NCBI GenBank assembly: GCA_951406725.2
Contig: OX597822.1
Coordinates: 65,224,001 to 65,288,000 of the forward strand
Length of the DNA: 64,000 nucleotides
Source of the DNA: Octopus vulgaris
Taxonomy: Eukaryota
Direction of reading: 5' to 3'
Shown: piece by piece, positions 54,622 through 64,000 of the stretch
Layout of the letters: the number at the start of each line of letters is the position of its first letter
Position numbering within the stretch: the stretch's first letter is position 1
Notes under the pieces: generated by a model
Seen by the model: the letters and a program-made list of their open reading frames with translations, nothing else
Databases searched by the model: none
Told to the model about the DNA's origin: nothing
Made by a program: the position numbers and the translations under genes

Positions 54622-56265
54622 ATAATAAATATTAGGGAATAAATCCAAATTTACAGGGAAAAAATCAGATTTAGGATTAAATCCAATTTATAGTAAAATA
54701 TTATAAAATATTATTAGAGACAAAACCACTATTTTGCAAAACAAACAAGGAAAGACTTAATCAATACATAAAATTTTAATAAATAGTCAAAAAAATGTTT
54801 TTAAGAGTTTTGGTTTATCATGGTTTTTTTTAGGGAATTCGTGGTAATTTGTCTATTTTCGATGTTGGTTGTTTTATTACATTGTTTCATTCATAATTTT
54901 TGAGTGGTGTTCGTTTTGCCACGTGAATATTATTTTTAATTCCATTTATTCCATTTCTCCATTCATTATTTTAAAGATGTTCGTTTCCAGAGCGGTTATA
55001 TATTTTTTATACATATGTTAAGTTCCTTGGTAAAGTAATTTTGTTTGGTGTATATGTTGAGGCTTATATGTACTTGTGGGTGTGTGTGAGTGGGGTGGGT
55101 GTTTGTATTTGTTATGGGTGTGTGGTTTACGTGTGTGTATTTGTGTGTGAATGTATAGGTTAAAGGGATTGCTATATAAGTATGTTATAGTGTTTAGTAA
55201 AGGGAGGTTTTATCATTTATGTTTTGTGAGTTTTAGCTTATCATGGTAGTTTTATAAAAGAATCCATTCATAATTTTTGTGTTTATTTGTCTGTGTGGGG
55301 TTGAGTGGGTTTTTGGAGTATATGTTGAGGTTTATATGTATGTATAGGTATGTGTAAGTGGTGTGGGTATTTGTATATGTCGTGGGTGTGTGGTTTATGT
55401 GTGTGTATTTGTGTGTGAATGTTTAGGTTAGGGGGATTGCTATATAGGTATGTTATAGAGTTTAGTAAAGGGAGATTTTATCATTATATGTTTTTATGAG
55501 TTTTGGTTTATCATGGTAGGTTTGTTAAGGAATTCGTAGTAATTTGTGTCTATTTGCGATGTCTGTTGTTTTATTGCATTGTTTCATTCATAATTTTTAA
55601 GTAGTGTTCGTTTTACCAAGTGAATATAATTTTTAATTCCATTTATTCCATTTCTCCGTTCATAATTTTAAGTGATGTCCGTTTTCTAGAGCGTGAATGT
55701 GGGTTGTATGTGTGTGTGTGTGGGAGTATGAATAAGTATTGTGTTGAAGTATTTAGCTATTTTATTTATTTATAGTTGCCTAGACGTTTTTATGTGTATG
55801 TATAGGGATATATATATAGGTGTGTGATTTAGTGTATGTAGTTAGATATGGTTATATATAATTAGGTATATGTGTATGGGTGTATATATAGTTTATTATT
55901 ATATTATTATTATTTTTTTGTTTTGTTTTATATTTTATATTTTATATTTTATATTTTATATTTAATTGTTGATAGGTTTATTTTAGTTTATATATTGTTT
56001 ATATATTGATTATATATGGATTATATATAGGTTATATATGGATTATATATTTATATTTTTTCATTCATACTTTAATTATTTTAAAATTATTATTTTTATA
56101 TTTTAAAATATTGATATTTTAGATTGGAAGTCCACCTGAAGATTGTCGATCAAGACAAGAAACAATTGTAGTGGCGGTTTTTTTGACTATTTATTAAAAT
56201 TTTATGTATTGATTAAGTCTTTCCTTGTTTGTTTTGCAAAATAGTGGTTTTGTCTCTAATAATAT

Positions 56266-56270
<5 letters not shown>
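54621..56270 (+). mobile_element. Non-autonomous Penelope-like element with inverted pseudo-LTR and an intact hammerhead
   Basis: 91-bp inverted repeat 54705-54795 / 56178-56268; G/T-skewed interior with internal duplications; (TA)n on both sides. Confidence 0.75.
56132..56174 (+). ncRNA. Minimal type-I hammerhead ribozyme with all core nucleotides intact
   Basis: CCAC-CUGAAGA-UUGUC-GAUCAA-GACAA-GAAA-CAAUUG-UA-GUGG; predicted cleavage after GUA (position 56170). Confidence 0.88.
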
Positions 56271-56320
<50 letters not shown>

Positions 56321-56599
56321 TATATATCGAAACGCGGAGTAGATGAAACAGAGGCGACTGAAGAAGGGGAATTTTCCTTGTGTTGTATGTCCTGTACTCT
56401 ATTTTTTTCGTTGTTTTAGAAAAATATCCATTTCCTTGGTTTTGTGTTTGTTTTCATTTCTCATTGTGTTCGACGTTTTTTTGGTGTCCTGTACCCATAT
56501 ATGCATGTATATATACATGTAGATGTAGGTATGTACATATATATATGTATATATGCATATGTTTTATTAATTAATTTGTTATTATATATATATAATCTC

Positions 56600-57178
56600 T
56601 TCCTTGCTGTATGTGGCCGAGCATTATCCTGATGGAAGAACATCTCTCGTCTTGATGCCAAAGACGGTCGTTTTCTTTCTAGCGCTGGAGTTGATGAATG
56701 GTTGAATAACCAAATCCAAGTTTCTCTGCTAGTTCCTCAACAGTTACAATGAGATTTGGTTCCACCGGGTTTTGCAGGACATCCTCGTCGAGCTCTACAG
56801 ATCTTCCCGGACGAGGCTCGTCTTCTAGGCTGTAGTTTCTGGCTCGGAATTTCTGGAACCACCGTTGATACTAGCCTACGCTTATTGTCCGATCCCCATA
56901 TACTGCATTAATATTCCTCGCACTTTCCGTTGGGGTGTTGCCTTTATTGAACTCAAAGCAAAATATGCCGAGAATGCTCCTTTGTCACTTCCATTATAGC
57001 TTTGAAAATATAAATGTTAAAATCGAACTGCACTCTTCAAAATGTGCACTAAGAATAAGTATAAGGTAAAAGTACTCCCTGCTTTTATAACAAGTTGATG
57101 CAAGTAGTTTATCCCATCCCCCTTTGACTTTTAGTTCTTGCAATTGAAAAACCACATTATTTAAGGGGTGACCCTATA
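56600..57178 (-). mobile_element. Internally deleted, 3'-truncated mariner transposon
   Basis: MEVTKEH..., EFNKGNTPTESARNINAVYGDRTISV, QRWFQKFRARNYSLEDEPRPGR (HTH region) and FFHQDNARPHTA (second catalytic Asp motif); TA-flanked TIR-like end at ~57142-57178. Confidence 0.9.
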
Positions 57179-57249
57179 TGTATGTATGTGGATGTGAGTG
57201 TGTGTGAATACAAGCATATATATGTGATCAAAGAAATCAACATTATTAC

Positions 57250-57314
<65 letters not shown>

Positions 57315-58798
57315 GTAGTAGTAGTAGTAGTAGTAGTAGGATCATTATCATTATTACTATTCCGCCGAGGTCGACTTTGCCTTTCATCCTTTCGGGGGTC
57401 GATAAATTAAGCACCAGGATTAAAAATGAAACAATCACTGAGAAGGTCCGAATATTGAAGCCACAAACCGAACCCTTCCAACAGGGAGATAGCTATGCTG
57501 TTTACTAAAGGATTTGCGCAGGGTCAAGTATTTTGGACGGAGAGAAACAGTCAAATTAAATAACTTTAGTATTTTATTGGCCTTACTTTATCAAGTTCCT
57601 TCCTTATTTGAACTACGATGGTCTCCAGGGATGTAAGCTGAGAATAACTTTGAGGAGCATAACTGCTCACAGTGTGGCTTTCATATAAAGCTGTTCAAGT
57701 TGGGGCTTCTATCATACTTCGTAATGTAATTAATAGTAATAATGATGTCTCACCATATTCTTCCACACCGCTGTCATAGTAAAAGAATATATGATCAACA
57801 GCAATAAGGAAAGGAATAAGAATTACTATAATGTTAACCATATGTTGTAAGCAACAGCTCTGACCACATGCGTGCGCTTTGTGATTCGGAAAAAAAGGTA
57901 ATATATTATATATTATAGATAGCTTTCAACATCAAAATGGAAATTCGATAACAAAAGCATCTCGAGATGATGAGCGGTATTCTGCTTCAAGTTCTGCTTC
58001 AATGAAACAAACCATACCCTGCTTTTGCTTTCCAGCTGACGACAAAAAAAAAGAGATGAAATATTAGTAAGAATTATCTTACAATGCAAAAGGCGAAAGG
58101 ATAGGAGATGAGCAGTGCTAAGTAATACATCATGAAGCACTGCGTACACTTTGAGCTGTTTAGAAACCGATATGAGTTATAAACTTTCCTTAGGACCATT
58201 AAATCGTGTAGCAAAAGTGATCTTGAGTTACAAAAACGAAACAGAAGTATTAGACATAATTTGATAGAAAGGAAGGGCAGAAAGAAATAAAATATTCCAG
58301 ATTCAAACAGAACTAGCAAATATGGCTTCGTGTAATTCGACTTCACGATCTACAACAGAACTTCCGCCAGGCAAGCATTTCGAAATAGAAAATAGAAAAA
58401 AAAAAAGGAGAAAGAGGAAAGAAACTCATAGTACATTCTCTAAACAAACCATCACATCTTATTCTTGTATCCCCTTGATCATACGGTATCTATCTCCAAG
58501 TTATATATGTAGGATCGTATAAAAACATGCACAGCCTTGAAATTTCCAAGTATTATCTGTGTATTATTATACTGCATGTAAAGAAATTTCCATGTAAATT
58601 TGGCTGATAAAGTAAAAGGTAAACTGAAGGTGTTGTGTGACGAATCTGACTCAATTTAAATAAACAAACATGAAAGAGAGCAAATATTATTTCTATCAAG
58701 ATTTTATCCTGCTTCATCTAACAGTGTAACCTCTCTCTTCTCCTTTCTTACATGTGTATGAATTATGTGTGTGTGTGTGTGTGTGTGTGTGAGTGTGT

Positions 58799-58843
<45 letters not shown>

Positions 58844-58856
58844 CGTGCGTGTGTGT

Positions 58857-59105
58857 GAAGGCGCGTGGCTTAGTGGTTAGCGTGTCAGCACCACGATCGT
58901 AAGATTCTGGTTTCGATTCCTGGACCGGGCGACGCGTTGTGTTCTTGAGCAAAACACTTCATTTCACGTTGCTCCAGTCCACTCAGCTGGCAAAATTGAG
59001 CAACGCTACGATGGACTGGCGTCCCGTCCAGCTGGGGAACACATACGCCATAGAAACCGGGAAACCGGGCCCATGAACCTGGCTAGGCTTTAAAAGGGCT
59101 CAAAA
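58857..59105 (+). mobile_element. tRNA-derived SINE (C-like head, GAAACCGGGAAACCGGGCCC tail)
   Basis: A/B boxes; tail similar to that of 28428-28743. Confidence 0.8.
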
Positions 59106-59264
59106 AATATAAACATACATGCATACATATATACATACATACATATGTATGTATATGCATATGTATATGCATATGTATATATATATATATATATATATAC
59201 ATGTGCATGCATGTATGCATGTATATCAGTATGCATATATATCAGTATGCATGTATATCAGTAC

Positions 59265-59867
59265 TACTCTCAACAGTGCGCCTTTAAATATGGTTTCTGA
59301 TTATAAATATCTTGGGTCATACATATCATCATCTGGAAAAGACTTTCTAACTAGAAAGGGTATGGCCTGGTCACCCTGTTATGACATGCATAAGATCTGG
59401 TCATCAAATCTAAGTAGAGACTTCAAACTTGAAATATTCAAAGCCACAGTCGAACCAATTCTACTATATGGCTCAGAAACCTGGATGTTATCAAAGAAGC
59501 TTGAGAGGCGGTTGGATGGAACCTACACTCGCCTCCTTATGAGAGCTCAAAATCTCTCGTGGAAGCGCCATCCAACCAAAATGCAAATATATGGGAAACT
59601 ACCACCTGTGTCATCTCTTGTGAAAGGTAGGAGAGCCCAGCTTGCTGGACATTGTTGTAGAGCTGAAAAAGAAGTAATTTCTACTCTTCTCCTCTGGAAG
59701 CTATCTACTCGCAATACCAGAGGGTGCACACTCTCCTACCCTGATGTAATCTCCAGGGATACAGGCATCCAGCAACAGGACCTCCGTAATGCTATGATGG
59801 ACCGTGAAGTCTGGCATAACATAGTAAATTCCATTGTCTCGACCACGGTCGAACAATGATGATGATG
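59265..59867 (+). pseudogene. 5'-truncated RTE-clade LINE (RT C-terminus), reading frame still open
   Basis: YKYLGS, ILLYGSETW, RRAQLAGH and DREVW motifs; (GAT)n tail directly after the stop; TSD ATATCAGTAC at 59255-59264 and 59868-59877. Confidence 0.92.
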
Positions 59868-60416
59868 ATATCAGTACAAGATATCCAAAGTAATTCAAGC
59901 AGTAGTCCCACACAGAGATCAAACATGAAGTTCCGATGTTGAATCCAAATATGTTATTTGCTTCATAACATAAACACACATACACCACCTCTTCTTATGT
60001 TCGCTTCAAAAGCGAATAGCTTCTTTAACTTGCATCAACACATCTATCCTTCCTCCATAGAACAATATTTCCACCTGGTCTCTAATTCTTTACTCAACAT
60101 TTCACTTCTTGGTTATCGGTCTGGATATTTCTCTTTCTCCCTCCCTTCATGTTTCGCTTGTTCTATTGATGAATGACCATCATTCGAAAAGTCCAGTCAC
60201 TTTGTATTTACATTAAATCGTTAAGCTTATACCATATTTATTAAACATTTTCCTTCACACACACACGTATGTATATTTATTTGTGTGTGTGTGTGTGTGT
60301 GTGTGTGTACATCTGTGTGTACGTCTATGTGAAATGAATACCAACAGAAGCGGTATTCATACCAGGGTTCTGAAACAACAAACAACATCCATATTAACTT
60401 GGAGATAAAGATTGAG

Positions 60417-60452
<36 letters not shown>

Positions 60453-60493
60453 GTATGTATATATATATATATACTTATATATATATATGTATG

Positions 60494-60525
<32 letters not shown>

Positions 60526-60556
60526 AATATATATATACATATATATATATGTATGC

Positions 60557-60594
<38 letters not shown>

Positions 60595-60685
60595 GGAGAA
60601 TTCACAAAAAAGAAACAAAAGACGAAGACAGGTGATGTAGACAACAAACAGATGTTTTAATATAACGCTCGGGAAGTGGAAAAGT

Positions 60686-60721
60686 CTTTAACGTTTCGAG
60701 CCTACGCTCTTCCACAGAAAG
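60686..60721 (-). ncRNA. Minimal hammerhead-like motif with variant core CUGUGGA (P1 copy, ~60592-60745)
   Basis: CUUU-CUGUGGA-A-GAGC-GUAG-GCUC-GAAA-CG-UU-AAAG. Confidence 0.58.
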
Positions 60722-60740
60722 GAACACAGAAAGAAAAGAG

Positions 60741-60793
<53 letters not shown>

Positions 60794-61026
60794 CATATAT
60801 ATTTAAATACATACATACATTGCATGAATACATCCATCCATCCATCCATCCATCCATCCATCCATCCATCCATCCATCCATACATACATACATACATACA
60901 TGCATGCATGCATGCATGATCTCTGGTTTGACTTTCAAATTGTCCGAGCCAAAGCATGTGAATCGGTTGCAAAAGTAATTTTGATCCTAATAGTATCAGA
61001 TTTACATCATGAAATTGCTGAAAATT

Positions 61027-61831
61027 TGACCATGCGGTGACTCACACGTTGAATAGGATTAAATTATGCATGGAATGGTTGTCGTTCTTGTTGTTCTTGT
61101 TCTTGTTGATGTTGCTTCCGCCGCGAGTATTGCAAAAGATAAAACGAGATTTCTATGTTTTATTTCATTTCAAATGCATTAAGGGCTATGCAATGTATCT
61201 TAAGCACAACTGAACTTCAGAATCGATACTAAGTTCTGACTAACTTGGAATCGAAACTTTCGCATTAATATCGTACCCATAATCATAACTCTATGTACAT
61301 GTGTGGAGGCGCAATGGCTCAGTGGTTAGGGCAGCGGACTCGCGGTCATAGGATCGCGGTTTCGATTCCCAGACCGGGCGTTGTGAGTGTTTATTGAGCG
61401 AAAACACCTAAAGCTCCACGAGGCTCGGCAGGGGATGGTGGTGATCCCTGCTGTACTCTTTCACCACAACTTTCTCTCACTCTTACTTCCTGTTTCTGTT
61501 GTACCTGTATTTCAAAGGACCGGCCTTGTCACTCTCTGTGTCACGCTGAATATCCCCGAGAACTATGTTAAGGGTACACGTGTCTGTGGAGTGCTCAGCC
61601 ACTTACACGTTAATTTCACGAGCAGGCTGTTCCGTTGATTCGGATCAACCGGAACCCTCGTCGTCGTAACTGACGGAGTGCTTCCATCCATGTACATGTA
61701 TGTAGCACGAAATGAACTTCTTTTGCAATACTCGCGGCGGAAGCAACATCAACAAGAACAAGAACAACAAGAACGACAACCATTCCATGCATAATTTAAT
61801 CCTATTCAACGTGTGAGTCACCGCATGGTCA
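61027..61831. repeat. Perfect 113-bp inverted repeat pair (61027-61139 / 61719-61831)
   Basis: Base-by-base comparison by eye shows no mismatch. Confidence 0.92.
61303..61689 (+). mobile_element. SINE family D (tRNA-Arg-like head, TCG), full length
   Basis: A/B boxes; TSD ATGTACATGT at 61293-61302 and 61690-61699. Confidence 0.9.
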
Positions 61832-63724
61832 TTTTACTAGAATGAGACGGCAGCGAAGTATGTCCTCTAGCACAAATTTACCGTCTTAAAAATGATATAT
61901 AAATAAATAAAGAGAAATGACATATTGAAAATAGGGTACAGATAAATTTATATAAATTAGACAGGTAAAGTGAGGGTAGGTATACATATATCTGGAATGC
62001 CTTTGATCATAGGATTCTTTGTTCAAAGCTGTCTGGAGGCTAAACAACAGCAAAAACATGTAATGGGTTTTAGATATTTAAGAATATATCTTCTATATCT
62101 ACATAAATGATGCGACTCCTAGTATTATTCATACAGTGTTACCTAATACCATTTAACTATTCCCCGCCCCCGTTCGCAATTGCCATTCTGATATTTCAGC
62201 ATTCGACATGAAAAATACTACAATTCCCACAGTTGTACTTAAGTTCTATTCTAATAGTCTTTCTGTTTACATTTATCAAATTGTTATTCCAGTATTCCTA
62301 CATTCCAGATATAAATCCTTATATTATTCATATAGTTTCAACTAATAATTATTCTCATGTTCCTTCTGCACATGTTTTTCAAACTTCTCTTTTAATATTC
62401 GTACTTGCCATACCGATTCACCTTCTGGTCTATTATTTCTTCTCCATTTTCTGTACCAACTGAACTTCAATTTCGTTTTATAAGTCGATTTCTCTACTCA
62501 ATAACATATATAATTTATAATTACATATAATTTTTTTTTCTTTTTTAATTAATTAGTATTGGAAGCAATTATAAGCATATATTGTCTTTATTTTGTTTTT
62601 TCCTGACCATTTTACTTATGTATTTTTCTTATTCGTAGTTATAGAAGAATTGGTTAGTCGCCATTATTTTATCAATTTATATGTTAAACTATCTTCTGCT
62701 TATGATTTACAGAAGTATCAATGATTGATGTAGCAGCTAAATTAAATTCTCTTAAATTGATAAATTTCTAACGTTCGTGTTTTTATTGGAATTTCTTATT
62801 GAGTTTAGACATCTTATACACACGCGAACAAATACATACAAGCAGTTACACGCACAAACATAAACACGTGTATGTAAATATAGCCATAAATTTGCATATA
62901 TAAAACCGTACAGAAACACATACAGGCGTACATACACGTATGAGGATAATTATGTGTACTTTTTATATGCCTAAGTATATGTATAATTGCATATGTTTAC
63001 GATTGTGCCTGTACATACATTTGTACTCTTATAGGCAAGTGTGCTTTTATGTGCTTGCATCAGTGGTTGTATGTGTACACGAGAATCGTCCGTGTTCACA
63101 CATGTCCATATATCAGTGTTTTATTTTTTACCGAAATTCATCAAGTTATAAATGCATGACATTATTAAAAATGACCAGAATTCTCCGAATGATTAACATT
63201 TTCTTTGAACGGAATACAATTAAATATAATTATTATTCATTAATTTTATATTTTTCAATAGTTGATTGTAAAAGCTCTCTTCTTATTCCAAATCTTTCGA
63301 ACTAAATGGAATTAATTGTTTTGTTATTCTCATTTGAGAACCAAACAGGATATTTTTGAGTAACACATGAACCATTGTCCTTCTGTTGTTGATATTTATG
63401 CTTCTGTTGTGGCAAACGAAAACAAAAATCACTATAATTATTATTACAGGTCATTGCGTCTAGATGTGGTAACAAGACCAGCGAAACCAGTATGCACTCG
63501 TTCGACTTCTTTCCAGTCAACTGTAGTTGTATCTTGAAACTTGAAACGCCAGCATCATTTGATAAAGAAGGCTAGCAAGGCTAAGTTGGTTTCGGGTTCG
63601 GTCCCACTGTGTAACACCTTGGGCAAGTGTCTTCAGCTATAGCCTCGGGCCGACCAAAGCCTTGTGAGTGGATTTGGTTGACGGAAACTGAAAGAAGTCT
63701 GTCGTGTGTGTATATATATATATA

Positions 63725-64000
63725 ACGGGAAGCTTTATGAAAATAAACAAAAGACGAAGGCAGGTGGAATACAAACAAACAATTGTATTAGTATGGCGCT
63801 CAGGAATATAAATAAAACAAGTCTTTTACGTTTCGAGCCTGCGCTCTTCAACAGAAAGATACACAGAAAAGAAACACAGAAAGAATCAAGGAGAGAGAAA
63901 AAAATGCGTGCAGAGGCTAGCGAATCAACATGGCGATCTGATTTCGGCCAGAAGTCAAAGATCAAACGTGAGACGCAAGAGCGAAATTAGGGGAGATAAT
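63725..64000 (-). mobile_element. Penelope-like pseudo-LTR repeat P1, runs off the window
   Basis: Near-identical to 2456-2730; starts at a (TA)n tract following a SINE B 5' half. Confidence 0.68.
63822..63859 (-). ncRNA. Minimal hammerhead-like motif with variant core CUGUUGA (P1)
   Basis: UCUUU-CUGUUGA-A-GAGC-GCAG-GCUC-GAAA-CG-UA-AAAGA; differs from 2555-2592 only in loop II. Confidence 0.6.

Noticed and set aside
56328-56400. CGAAACGCG and CTGAAGAAGGGG...CCTT as a hammerhead
   Set aside because: No GAAA follows the stem, and the pieces do not assemble into a core.
59119-59264. N-terminal part of the 246-aa ORF
   Set aside because: Microsatellite read-through upstream of the LINE's TSD; the ATG is fortuitous.

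Overview
AT-rich animal genomic DNA dominated by repeats, most likely an octopus or other coleoid cephalopod (inferred from the tRNA-derived SINE types, the very high TA/CA/AAT/CAT/GATA microsatellite load and the transposon mix). I see no intact protein-coding gene; nearly every long ORF in the track is a microsatellite artefact. The recognisable coding remnants are all from transposons: a Helitron PIF1-like helicase fragment inside a fully bounded Helitron, two decayed mariner transposases, an RTE-type RT C-terminus and two Dong/R4-type RLE endonuclease C-termini. At least four tRNA-derived SINE families (my labels A-D) occur in many copies, along with TA-target and Merlin-like MITEs. The most notable signal is non-coding: about ten minimal type-I hammerhead ribozyme motifs from at least six unrelated sequence families. 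Most lie beside (TA)n tracts and three sit in Penelope-like inverted pseudo-LTR arrangements. One has a perfect core (56132-56174), and one five-copy family consistently carries a non-canonical CUGU(U/G)GA core. Other points of interest are fixed-junction SINE multimers, a templated inverted insertion, a perfect 113-bp inverted repeat, TTAGGG-carrying MITEs and two weak candidate exons on the minus strand. Coordinates were read by eye; edges of degenerate repeats are approximate.
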